A stretch of 20,000 nt of DNA, taken from the IMG/VR virus record IMGVR_UViG_3300006803_000022. The stretch is one strand, 5' to 3'. Positions within the stretch are counted from its first letter, which is position 1. Each line of letters begins with the position of its first letter. The notes beneath the pieces are model-generated. The model worked only from the letters and a program-made list of their open reading frames with translations. It had not been told where the DNA came from and made no database searches. The position numbers were made by a program, and so were the translations under genes. This DNA comes from an uncultured virus (IMG/VR IMGVR_UViG_3300006803_000022) (Duplodnaviria; Heunggongvirae; Uroviricota; Caudoviricetes). Below, one piece after another: positions 1 to 8,737 of the stretch.

Positions 1-1800
1 TCATAGACCCATCCTTTCTTTCATCTTGTCGATTGATACAGCATCTGCTGCTTTGAATAGACTCTCTACACTTGCTACGGCTGTAGCAGATATAGCTTCT
101 AACCTTCTTGTTGTCTTGTTGAAGAATGAAGAACCAGCTTCACCAGTATTACCAGTGAATCGAGCTTTCAATACTCGGAATCTGATAGTGTTCTTACTAC
201 GTTCATCCTCTGCGATCATGTTCCTAGCAAATGCAACGATATCGAATGATACCTGCTTGATAGATCCTGATCCTTTGATGTCGTCTAGTGATGCCATGTG
301 ACCTTCTTCGAAGCTCTTGCCGCCAGCACCAGTCTTTCTCAGGTGTGAGATGACACCTAGCCACACAGGGAACTGCTTGACTAACTTGAGTAGGTCACTC
401 ATCATTTTGTCTACTGCTTCATTCCCAGTAAATCCCTCGTTGCCTTCGGAGACAGCGATAGTAATGTGGTCAAGTATAATGTGAGTACAACCCATTGCAG
501 ATAGTGCGCGGAGTTTGTTAATGAGACTTTCATCTCCAACAGATCCTTGGTGATCGAGCACAATGACTCTCTCAGATGCGAATAGAGTTTCATAGGCTTC
601 ACGTTGTCGTACTTCATCATTCTTACTTACTTCATCCTCTTGGAAGTTCGTGAGCATAGCCATCTCAATGAACTTCTCTACAGTCTCACCTACATCTTCT
701 TCAAGGCTTACGATACCTAGCTTAGTATCTGGTTGAGCGATGATGTGTAGCATGATCTCTTTTGTAACAGTTGACTTACCAGAACCAGTACCAGAGGTGA
801 ATAGAACAATCTCATTCAACCTCATACCCTTTAGGAGTGTGTTCAGTCCTGATAGGCAGTCTGGGTATGGTAGGCATACCTTGTCCTTACGGTCCTTGAA
901 TCTGTTCCAGAGTTCTTCTCCCTTCACAAATCCAGCTGGCATGAACGGTTGTGCATTGAAGATCTGATTGATTATGTACTCAGGCTTCTCTGCTCGTAGG
1001 GCGTCATTGGCATCCTTGTACTTAGTACATCCTACGATGACAGCCTTGGGTCCGATAGCCTTAGCATACCGCTCCATAGAGTCCAACCCTGCGCCTGTCT
1101 TATCACGGTCAGGCCACAGGATTACTTTCTCGAAGGACATGATCCAATCGAGGTTGTTCATGAAGATTTGATCTACGTTCACATTGAACAGGGATACTAC
1201 AGGGAATCGCTTACCCCCATACTTTAGGTGGTATGCTTGCTGTACTGCACAACAGTCATCTTCTCCCTCAGTGATTACCAGCATTCTACCACCAGCCTCG
1301 AACAAGTTCTGTCCGAATAGCTGGCAGTCTTTTCTATTCATGATCTGGGTGTCACCCTTCATGTAGAATGCTTTATTCTGGTCCTCAGAACCATCATGCT
1401 TTTCTTTGTAAGCATTCAGCTTCCCGTTACGATACCAAGGGTAGTATCTTGCACCCGGTGTACCATCCTCTTTTATTCTTGAATGAACACCATAGAACTC
1501 ATAGATGTAGTTGTAGATGCCTCTCGGCTTTGATCCACGTATCGGCAGTGTCTGGATCTGCTCTAGCTTCTCAATGATTTCTTCGAAGTCTACTTCTTCT
1601 ATCTCACGGCTTTTGAAGCCGCCCGGTGTGTCGCCATAGAACCATGTCTTGTTACAGGCTCCATAGCAGGTGTAGTGATCGTCATAGTACCCCATGCTAT
1701 CTGAGGAGCCACAAGTTTCACACTCATGTCTCCCCCTCAGTAGCTGCGGGTTCTTTATTGTCGGGTTGTCCATTATTTTTATTGTCTCGGCAATTATCAT
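1..1800 (-). CDS. T7 gp4-like DNA primase-helicase
   Basis: N-terminal Zn finger CETC...CYGAC, TOPRIM motifs ITEGEDD and PDRD, and DnaB/SF4 helicase motifs SGTGSGKST, LDHITI, SHLRK, DIKGSGSIKQ, LKARFTGNTG. Alternative start is ATG at 1773 (MDNPT). Confidence 0.95.
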   Translation of the reverse strand: MIIAETIKIMDNPTIKNPQLLRGRHECETCGSSDSMGYYDDHYTCYGACNKTWFYGDTPGGFKSREIEEVDFEEIIEKLEQIQTLPIRGSKPRGIYNYIYEFYGVHSRIKEDGTPGARYYPWYRNGKLNAYKEKHDGSEDQNKAFYMKGDTQIMNRKDCQLFGQNLFEAGGRMLVITEGEDDCCAVQQAYHLKYGGKRFPVVSLFNVNVDQIFMNNLDWIMSFEKVILWPDRDKTGAGLDSMERYAKAIGPKAVIVGCTKYKDANDALRAEKPEYIINQIFNAQPFMPAGFVKGEELWNRFKDRKDKVCLPYPDCLSGLNTLLKGMRLNEIVLFTSGTGSGKSTVTKEIMLHIIAQPDTKLGIVSLEEDVGETVEKFIEMAMLTNFQEDEVSKNDEVRQREAYETLFASERVIVLDHQGSVGDESLINKLRALSAMGCTHIILDHITIAVSEGNEGFTGNEAVDKMMSDLLKLVKQFPVWLGVISHLRKTGAGGKSFEEGHMASLDDIKGSGSIKQVSFDIVAFARNMIAEDERSKNTIRFRVLKARFTGNTGEAGSSFFNKTTRRLEAISATAVASVESLFKAADAVSIDKMKERMGL

Positions 1801-2338
1801 TATGCCAACGGGCGAGATTAGCTATATCACATTCAAATCCACAGTGTGCACATGGCAACCGTGGGAGATTGTAGGCTCTCTCTCTGAGCTTATCCCTTGT
1901 ACTCTGGGCTACGACCTTCGGTGGTAGGAACTTGATTGCTCCTATCGCCTTGTTGTAATACTTCCTATTCCCATCTGGTAGCACTTCTGTGAGTACATCC
2001 ATATCAAACTGAAGTTTTGTCTCTGTGTAGGTCAGTTCAGCTTGTGTTTCACATTCACATAGAACGATGAACTCAAACTTATCCTTTCCAGTCTTAGAGA
2101 TGTCTTCGTTGAGGTCAGCAGAAGAACCAGTATAGTCCCTCCACTTCATCTCTGTGAACTTCTTTCGCTTCCTCTTATACCCTTTAAGTGGTGGTAGAGT
2201 AGTTAATGAGAAGTACTTCTTCTTTCCTATGTATGCTCTCTGAGTTTCTTTATTAAGGATGAGGTATACAAATCCCTGATGTGTCTTAGGACTCATCTCT
2301 CTTTCGAAAGACCAGTGTCCATTATCAAACTGGCTCAT
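1724..2338 (-). CDS. GIY-YIG family endonuclease with C-terminal Cys/His Zn-binding module (homing-endonuclease-like)
   Basis: GFVY-x10-YIG motif, downstream YTGSS, a conserved Glu (YTE) and YYN; C-terminal CAHC-x8-ARWHNDNC module. Confidence 0.8.
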   Translation of the reverse strand: MSQFDNGHWSFEREMSPKTHQGFVYLILNKETQRAYIGKKKYFSLTTLPPLKGYKRKRKKFTEMKWRDYTGSSADLNEDISKTGKDKFEFIVLCECETQAELTYTETKLQFDMDVLTEVLPDGNRKYYNKAIGAIKFLPPKVVAQSTRDKLRERAYNLPRLPCAHCGFECDIANLARWHNDNCRDNKNNGQPDNKEPAATEGET

Positions 2339-3068
2339 CTTTCAGCCAAGTCGTGTATTGGAAGGTGTCATCAAGCCACCGTCGCATATAAATCAGGTTG
2401 CAGTTCTTATACAATTTGTCACTCCATAGTGTACCATACTCAGGCTTGTACAACTCGATGACTCTTTCCATCATCCGTTTCTTACTAAGTCCTAGTAGCT
2501 CTTTCTTTGCTTTCACAGGACCGATGCCTCTGATACCAAAGATATTATCAGTAGTGTCACCAGTCAGAAGTTGACAGGCAAATCTGTAGTCTCCTTCTTT
2601 CTGGTCTATAAACTTCCACTTCTTCTCTTCACTCAGTGGCTTATCTTTAGTGCCACCATAGTTGAAGTGAGTGCCGGGGAACTGTAGTAGGTCTTTATCG
2701 ATACCTGCTATGATCCATGGGATGCCTTCTTGTTGAGCTTCATAAGCCCAAGCAATCACCTGATCGTCAGCTTCCCATCCATGACAACTGATTGCACCTA
2801 GTTCCAGAGCGTACTCTGCTAGCATGTTCAGTCGTCTCTTTTGTTCTGGCTCAGGGGCTGGCCTGTTACCCTTATAGTCTGGGTCGATATCAAATCGGAA
2901 GTTACCGATACCCTTGATAGCTACGAAATCTTTGTCCGAGAACGTCTGGACTCTGATGTAATCCAGACGCTCCCTGTATCGATCCCGCATTGTTTTGTCA
3001 CTGACCTTACCGTAGGTTGCCCTGTACAGTAATGAGTCTGCGTCTATAAATACGTGTCTATCGTCCAT
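2325..3068 (-). CDS. 5'-3' exonuclease (T7 gp6 / FEN-like)
   Basis: FIDADS, NFR..IDPDYKGNR, EADD, DKDLLQ, and GDTTDNIFGIRGIGPVKA (H3TH) motifs. Confidence 0.93.
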   Translation of the reverse strand: MDDRHVFIDADSLLYRATYGKVSDKTMRDRYRERLDYIRVQTFSDKDFVAIKGIGNFRFDIDPDYKGNRPAPEPEQKRRLNMLAEYALELGAISCHGWEADDQVIAWAYEAQQEGIPWIIAGIDKDLLQFPGTHFNYGGTKDKPLSEEKKWKFIDQKEGDYRFACQLLTGDTTDNIFGIRGIGPVKAKKELLGLSKKRMMERVIELYKPEYGTLWSDKLYKNCNLIYMRRWLDDTFQYTTWLKDEPV

Positions 3069-3076
3069 GATTTCCT

Positions 3077-3280
3077 TTAGTTCAAATTACGTTGCTTGTA
3101 TTCAGCGTATTGGTAGTCTTTGAAGATTGTCCTAGCACCCTCTGGGTGTGTTAAGATCAGTGTCGAGTTACTCATCAATTCGATGTCATCTACTGCAGTG
3201 TACTCTACTGACCGTTCTGAATCTACGTGTACTACCACGTACTCATACTTGCTTTTTTCTGTTCTACTACTAGTGAACAT
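3077..3280 (-). CDS. hypothetical protein (67 aa)
   Basis: Fills the gap between the polymerase and the exonuclease; preceded by GGAAGGA; overlaps the polymerase stop. Confidence 0.7.
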   Translation of the reverse strand: MFTSSRTEKSKYEYVVVHVDSERSVEYTAVDDIELMSNSTLILTHPEGARTIFKDYQYAEYKQRNLN

Positions 3281-5120
3281 CTGCGTAAGTCCTTCCTATA
3301 CATGGATCGCCACCATCCATTATTGTTATGCCCATCATCTTAGGGCCTTCTTTGAAACCTTCTTTCAGGATCTCACCTGCACGTTTAGCTTGGTCTTCCT
3401 TCACAGCGAATGCATCTTCGTCATGGTAGAAGATAAGAGGATAAGCATCAATGCCTTCTTCTCTCATTTTCTTATCTGCGTAGTACATAGCTGATACACA
3501 TGAGGCTTTCTCAATGTCTTGTAGCAATGAGTTTAGCGCTTTCCGTGGTTCATCTACGAACAGGATGTTACCCATGATACCAAAGATAAATCCATTGTTC
3601 TCATTCCACTCTTGTTCAAGACGTTCATTGGTTTCTTGGAACTCTGGTAGCTTCTCACAGAAGTTGTCGATCATCTCCTGAGCATCCTTCTCTGGTATCT
3701 GGAACTCTTTGGCTAGGCCAAATGCTTTAGATCCAAATAGGATACGGTAGATGAATACCTTAGCCATCTTTCGAGTACATCCTACCATGTCGGCGTTGTA
3801 CTGGTGCATGTCTTTGTTGATAACGATCTCTGTGTATTCGTCGTTACCCATGACATGACAAGCTCCTCGTAGCTGGTTACCTGCTGAGTCACAGCCTACC
3901 ACTACACGGTCTTCTTCTACTGTCAGAGTTGATCGGATCTCTTTACCATAAGCTACCTTATCGTCATTGCTAGGTAGGTTAACAATACCAGTATGTCTTA
4001 CTCGGAATGTTGGTGTTCCGATAGTCCACATACCACCATTGATACGACCGTCCCCTCGCTTCTCTGCAAGTGTGTTGAAGCCTTCTAGGAAGCTCTTCCT
4101 GTGGCGTAGCATGTAGTATTCTGATACACCCTTACCAACTTCTCCCAATGCCTCTAGAGCAGGTCCCTCGAGCTTCGGAGATACATTCCTCCAGTAGCCC
4201 GATGCCTTACTTCTATTCCATTCATCAGGAACCCAACCTTCTTGATCCATCAGGTATTCTTTTACGTCTGCCATTTGACCCATAGTGACCTTCTCGGTCC
4301 TGAATCTTTGGAAGTGTTCGTTAGGTTTGATGGGTGGGTTAGGTAGTAGGGCGTCCTTGGTCTCGATCTTTACTCCAAGGTACTCTGTCAGCAGCCGGGC
4401 AGTGGTAGCGTTATACAGCCCTTTTGCAGTGTACTTGGGTGTCTTAGGAGCCTTGTCGATCCATACTCTTTTTGTTCCTAGCTTTGGCTCAATCATTCTC
4501 TCGACCTTCTTCATCTTCTTGTCGATGTCAGCGATTGTCTTATCTGCTAGTTCTTTGTCGTATACCCATCCCTTCTGCATATCCATATTCGCTCTACCGA
4601 TATACATCTCAAGCTCTATACGCTTAGAGTAGAGAGGGTTTCTTTTGATGAGTGCTAGAGCTTCTGCGTGGACCTTGTCGTACACCTTACGGTTTACTCG
4701 TACGTCCTGCTTACAGTAGCTAAGCATCTCTCTGTTGTAATGTGACCAATCATCATAATCACCCTTCTTGATACCGAGGTGTTCTCCCCAGCCTTTCAAT
4801 CCGTGAAGGTGTGATCTCTTGTAGCAATTCAATAAGGACAATAGCCATGTGTCGGTTACCTTAGCATTAGGGTCTAACTCAAATCCGTAGATCTTCTTTA
4901 GTGCTAGGAAGTCATAACCGAACAGGTTGTGTCCGATGTGGTTCTTTGTCTGGTAGAGTAGCTCCAACCCATAGTCCATATCTGGTAAGGACTTATCGTA
5001 GTCGGAGAATGCAAATTCTGTCTCTGTGTCGTGGTCAGTGGCACATAGCATCCATACATCTGTTAGGGTGTCTAGTAAGCCATTGCCTTCTATATCCCAT
5101 ACTAGGTTATTAATCTTCAT
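3270..5120 (-). CDS. polA: family A DNA polymerase with 3'-5' exonuclease domain (T7 gp5-like)
   Basis: ExoI WDIEGNG, ExoII HNLFGYD, ExoIII YCKQDV; motif A DSAGNQLR, motif B RKMAKVFIYRILFG, motif C YHDE; GGAGG RBS upstream. Confidence 0.95.
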   Translation of the reverse strand: MKINNLVWDIEGNGLLDTLTDVWMLCATDHDTETEFAFSDYDKSLPDMDYGLELLYQTKNHIGHNLFGYDFLALKKIYGFELDPNAKVTDTWLLSLLNCYKRSHLHGLKGWGEHLGIKKGDYDDWSHYNREMLSYCKQDVRVNRKVYDKVHAEALALIKRNPLYSKRIELEMYIGRANMDMQKGWVYDKELADKTIADIDKKMKKVERMIEPKLGTKRVWIDKAPKTPKYTAKGLYNATTARLLTEYLGVKIETKDALLPNPPIKPNEHFQRFRTEKVTMGQMADVKEYLMDQEGWVPDEWNRSKASGYWRNVSPKLEGPALEALGEVGKGVSEYYMLRHRKSFLEGFNTLAEKRGDGRINGGMWTIGTPTFRVRHTGIVNLPSNDDKVAYGKEIRSTLTVEEDRVVVGCDSAGNQLRGACHVMGNDEYTEIVINKDMHQYNADMVGCTRKMAKVFIYRILFGSKAFGLAKEFQIPEKDAQEMIDNFCEKLPEFQETNERLEQEWNENNGFIFGIMGNILFVDEPRKALNSLLQDIEKASCVSAMYYADKKMREEGIDAYPLIFYHDEDAFAVKEDQAKRAGEILKEGFKEGPKMMGITIMDGGDPCIGRTYADVH

Positions 5121-5235
5121 CTTTTCTGAATACCTCCACTAGTAGTTTGTGTGGTTCAAATACCATGATGAACATATAGGCCGCAAATATCATAGATACG
5201 ATTATGTGCGTCCCTACTTTGTCTTCTGATTCCAC
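5110..5235 (-). CDS. small predicted membrane protein (41 aa), not in ORF track
   Basis: Manual translation MESEDKVGTHIIVSMIFAAYMFIMVFEPHKLLVEVFRKDED; GTG start after AGAAAGGA, the RBS used by many genes in this window; one hydrophobic segment. Confidence 0.6.
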   Translation of the reverse strand: MESEDKVGTHIIVSMIFAAYMFIMVFEPHKLLVEVFRKDED

Positions 5236-5369
5236 TTGCTTTCCTTTCTATTGGAGCAAGGTGGGCATGTATCACATTCATCCTCAACGTCTGATAGACG
5301 GAGACGACTGTATACTTTCCCACAGGTTGTACACGCGTAGTGCACAAATCCATTTAGTTTTAATGTCAT
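5214..5369 (-). CDS. small zinc-ribbon protein (51 aa), not in ORF track
   Basis: Manual translation MTLKLNGFVHYACTTCGKVYSRLRLSDVEDECDTCPPCSNRKESKWNQKTK, with CxxC and CxxCxxC motifs. No clear RBS. Confidence 0.65.
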   Translation of the reverse strand: MTLKLNGFVHYACTTCGKVYSRLRLSDVEDECDTCPPCSNRKESKWNQKTK

Positions 5370-5379
5370 ATTGTTGGAT

Positions 5380-5401
5380 GGGCCAGCCCGTAGGCCAGCC
5401 C
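5380..5401 (-). other. 9-bp RNA hairpin with C(UACG)G tetraloop, no U-tract
   Basis: Minus strand GGGCUGGCC-UACG-GGCUGGCCC. The two central pairs are G-U wobbles only on the minus-strand RNA. Located just after the nrdJ stop. Confidence 0.65.
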
Positions 5402-5409
5402 TTCACTCT

Positions 5410-7323
5410 CTAGTTAATGTCAACGATCTCACAAGCACCAGCAGAACATGCCAGTGTCTGTGAACCAGAAGTGTTGTCCTCAAACTCAAACTGAGACAGT
5501 TCGCCCCAATTGATTGAGTGAGGCATCTTAGCTCTAGCTTCGTTATACTGTTCTTCTGTTATCTCCTGATAAGGAGCTTGTTCGTAGGTGTTGTCGTCTG
5601 TCGGTAGGAAAGATACACCTGACATCTCATCGAAGTTCTTGTAGACATAGGCACCTACCTCCATCCATTCATGGGATTTAACATCAATAGTAACAGAAGG
5701 TTTGTGTTCACACCAATTTCTTTGGTAGTGTGTCCAGAACTCTAGTTGTTCAATGGCAGTCATATCGTTCCTGAATACTGCATCCTTCGGTGCTATGATA
5801 GGGAAGGAGAATACAGTAGTCTGGTCTGGTTTCATTACACAAGGCTCCGATGGAACCCCGCTGTACTTCATGAACGCTGTGAGTGGATCTTTGTTATCAC
5901 CTCTGACAGTGCGGATATAGTACGGCGAATGTCTCCGGTGGATACCTGACGAGGAATCCGTGAGTTGAGAAACCGTCCCGGAAGGTTTAACGCAGGTAAT
6001 TGCGGCTGCTGCTGGAATTCCGAGTAGCTCTGCATACTGCTTGTTAACCTTCTCTGCGTGTAGTCGCAAGAGGTCAAGGTCGGTAGCAGTGGCGCTGCGA
6101 AGGTACGGACTGTCCATGATACCAGTGATGGAGACTCCAAGCAGGGATTCTTCTTGTGTGTTCTCTCTCCAAATGTCACGAAGGTAAGGAAAGTCAGTGA
6201 GCGAAGCTTGGACAGTGCCCAAGATTGCAGCGATCTCAACTTTCTTCTTGAGTGTTGAGAAGGTGTCTTCGTGTCGTGCAACGACTTCAGAGAGGTTGCA
6301 GAATTGATAAGGTCGTAGTATAATCTCGGAGCAGGGATTTGTTCCGAATGGGATGCATTGCACGTCTTCTGCAACGTATTTTGATTTTCTTTTTCCATAC
6401 TTTTCCACTTGTTTTACAGCAGCTTGGCGGTTAAAGATGCCTCTCTCTCCAGATTTGGATGCAACGAGTGCTTGCCATTCTGCAATGAAAGATTCCATGT
6501 CGGGTTTTTCTGTGTAGCATGTACTGTTGTTAGCTAATGCTCTTTGCTTGTTGTTCACATACCAAGCACCTGACTTAGCTTCACGCATACGACCATCTGA
6601 TAGGTTGCTGAGTGAGATCATGGCTGATCGTCTTACACCACCTACTACAACTACTTCACCGATCTTACACATCATGTCATGGCATTCTAGTGAGTTCAGC
6701 TTACGTCCTGCAGCTTCTTTAAAGGTGTGTATCACAAAGTTGAATAGCTCTACTAGTGGCGCTGGGCCTGATGCCCTGCCACCGAATGTCTTTAGTCTTG
6801 CTCCTGCTGGTCGTACTTTGGATACGTCCCACATTGGGATGGTACCTACATAGAGGCAATCAATAAGACTTCTCAGGGCGTCTGACCATCCTTCTTTAGA
6901 GTCTTCTACTTGGATCAGGCTTCCTGTCTGGTTGATATGTTCTGGGACTGTCGGTAGCTTTGTAATGTCTTGTCTTTCTACTGTGAATCCTACACCAGTA
7001 CCACAGAGTAGTATGAACATTGCTTCGTCGAATGAACGTGTGCTGTCGCAAGATATGTATGCACAATTGAATGCACATGTATTATCTCTGAGTAGAGCAG
7101 GTCCAGCGGTCATCATAGCTCGCATAGATGGCATAGTCTGTAGTGTGTAGATATACATCTCGACCTCTTCGATGATCTTAGGATCTACCAGATGCCCAAG
7201 TCGAGGAATCACTACATTCTCCATGTATCGCTTTACGGTTTCCCGCCAGTCTTCTCTCCTGTTTTCTTCTTCTATCCATCGTGCGTATCTGCTGATGGCA
7301 ATGAATTGTTGATAGTCGTCCAT
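5410..7323 (-). CDS. nrdJ: class II (adenosylcobalamin-dependent) ribonucleotide reductase
   Basis: PSMR, FNCAY, GTGVGF, VGGVRRSAMI, GTNPCSEI, KPSGT, WCEHKPS and C-terminal CSAGAC redox pair; no nrdB beta subunit nearby. Confidence 0.93.
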   Translation of the reverse strand: MDDYQQFIAISRYARWIEEENRREDWRETVKRYMENVVIPRLGHLVDPKIIEEVEMYIYTLQTMPSMRAMMTAGPALLRDNTCAFNCAYISCDSTRSFDEAMFILLCGTGVGFTVERQDITKLPTVPEHINQTGSLIQVEDSKEGWSDALRSLIDCLYVGTIPMWDVSKVRPAGARLKTFGGRASGPAPLVELFNFVIHTFKEAAGRKLNSLECHDMMCKIGEVVVVGGVRRSAMISLSNLSDGRMREAKSGAWYVNNKQRALANNSTCYTEKPDMESFIAEWQALVASKSGERGIFNRQAAVKQVEKYGKRKSKYVAEDVQCIPFGTNPCSEIILRPYQFCNLSEVVARHEDTFSTLKKKVEIAAILGTVQASLTDFPYLRDIWRENTQEESLLGVSITGIMDSPYLRSATATDLDLLRLHAEKVNKQYAELLGIPAAAAITCVKPSGTVSQLTDSSSGIHRRHSPYYIRTVRGDNKDPLTAFMKYSGVPSEPCVMKPDQTTVFSFPIIAPKDAVFRNDMTAIEQLEFWTHYQRNWCEHKPSVTIDVKSHEWMEVGAYVYKNFDEMSGVSFLPTDDNTYEQAPYQEITEEQYNEARAKMPHSINWGELSQFEFEDNTSGSQTLACSAGACEIVDIN

Positions 7324-7330
7324 TCTTTCT

Positions 7331-7588
7331 TTATGCCTCTGTTTTGGGTTCTTGTTTTTGTTTATTTTTGAAGTGTTTTACTGTGTCTTCGTATCCACCG
7401 ATCAGTTCTTTGTTCAGGAATACTTGTGGGACCGTGCTCAGTCCTTTCTTAGAGAGCAGTTCTAGCGCTTCTGGGTTACCTTTTATAGAAACCACGTCAA
7501 ACTCATACCCGTTGGTGGCTAGGAACTTGATTACCTTTACACACCACTGGCATTTTAATGCTGTGAATACTGTATATCTATTGCTCAT
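7331..7588 (-). CDS. glutaredoxin (NrdH/Grx-like)
   Basis: CQWC active site, TVPQVF and IGGYED motifs; adjacent to the RNR. Confidence 0.9.
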   Translation of the reverse strand: MSNRYTVFTALKCQWCVKVIKFLATNGYEFDVVSIKGNPEALELLSKKGLSTVPQVFLNKELIGGYEDTVKHFKNKQKQEPKTEA

Positions 7589-8322
7589 AGTTCCTCCATC
7601 ATTGGGAATATCTTTGTGAGAGCTTGTGCTACTGCCTTGGCTATCATCATGTGTTCTTTCTGAGTTCCGTTTCCTTTACGGAGATCTGCGTAGTGAATCC
7701 AACTGCGGATAGAACCATTGACGAACATAGTTGTCGTGGTCAGTCCTTCGGGAAGGATCTTTCTGGCCGTCTCTTTGGCCAATCCTTTATTGAGGGCTTT
7801 TTGGTAGGTGAATTCAGCGTAGTCAGCCACATCCTTTTGAGCATCTTCCCACCAAGACCTGAGTAGGATCCTTTCAGATGTTTCAAGATCTGATTCTGAA
7901 ATATCGATTGAGTTCTGACGGTTCTTTGGATCTTGTAACCTCGCTTCTGACAACACTAGTTGAATGCTTTGATCCTCTCCAGTAAGAGCAGCAGCATATC
8001 GCTGACTGAACTCTTGGAACCTGAATGTCGGGTGTCTGATTATCTGTCGGCCGATGTCTCTAGTTGTCTCAAGACGTAGTACTGCGTTCACCATTTCTAA
8101 TGGAGACCAGTGTGAGTGCTTCATCAGGTATCTGATCAGCTTTTCAGAGTTCTCTAGGTCTTCTTGTTTAGCAGAGGATGGGTTAGACACCTTTGCACAG
8201 TAGGCTATCAGGCTTTGTGCATCACACAGGTCTATCCCATAGTCTGGATCTACCTGCGTGTATGCCACTAGCTTAGCGTCTACTATTTCTTCGTATTTCT
8301 TTCTTTCAATAGGCTCAAACAT
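7585..8322 (-). CDS. thyX: flavin-dependent thymidylate synthase
   Basis: HWSPLEM, RQIIRHPTFRFQEFSQRY, KETARKILP, GSIRSWIHY..LR...GTQKEH. Confidence 0.93.
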   Translation of the reverse strand: MFEPIERKKYEEIVDAKLVAYTQVDPDYGIDLCDAQSLIAYCAKVSNPSSAKQEDLENSEKLIRYLMKHSHWSPLEMVNAVLRLETTRDIGRQIIRHPTFRFQEFSQRYAAALTGEDQSIQLVLSEARLQDPKNRQNSIDISESDLETSERILLRSWWEDAQKDVADYAEFTYQKALNKGLAKETARKILPEGLTTTTMFVNGSIRSWIHYADLRKGNGTQKEHMMIAKAVAQALTKIFPMMEEL

Positions 8323-8737
8323 TAGGTTCTACCTTATACTTGTACTTCCTAGCCAGCATCTTTAAGGTCTCGATGTCTTTCTTTTCGATCATGGCTTCAG
8401 TAAGGGATTGCCGTTCTTCAATAGCTTTAGCTAATTCCTTATCCCTCTTCATGAACTCCTCGTACTCTTTCTTTAGTCGGTTTTTCATAGCTTCTGCTGT
8501 TTCCTGATACTTTATCACTATGTCAAAGCCGAGGTCATGCTCGTAGTCTGAGGTGGAAAGGAATATACCTGTAGACTCAAATCCATGTTGTCTATCTTTA
8601 CTTCCATTGACTAGCGTCAAGTAGTGGAAGAATTCACCTATAGGCGTGTATTCTGATTCCGATGAGTACAGTACGTCTTCGTATGTATGCCTTGTCGCGT
8701 TAAGCTCCATGTACCAATCTAAGTCTCGGTCTATCAT
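8315..8737 (-). CDS. hypothetical protein with C-terminal coiled coil
   Basis: 140-aa ORF coupled to the upstream gene by a TAATG overlap; AGAAAGGA RBS. Confidence 0.8.
   Translation of the reverse strand: MIDRDLDWYMELNATRHTYEDVLYSSESEYTPIGEFFHYLTLVNGSKDRQHGFESTGIFLSTSDYEHDLGFDIVIKYQETAEAMKNRLKKEYEEFMKRDKELAKAIEERQSLTEAMIEKKDIETLKMLARKYKYKVEPNV

Noticed and set aside
3270..5120. DpoZ / 2-aminoadenine genome system
   Set aside because: No purZ-like or datZ-like gene in the window; the polymerase substitutions alone are not sufficient.
5156..5353. 65-aa minus-strand ORF MDLCTTRVQ...
   Set aside because: The same DNA is better explained by the zinc-ribbon (5214-5369) and membrane-peptide (5110-5235) frames.
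5410..7323. Intein or intron in nrdJ (also checked polA and the helicase)
   Set aside because: The ORFs are uninterrupted, of normal length, and show no intein splice motifs.
8635..8646. CACCTATAGGCG resembling the promoter motif (also weak partial matches near 16101, 18031 and 19936)
   Set aside because: These lack the TGYCCCC part and lie in coding or terminator sequence; likely chance matches.
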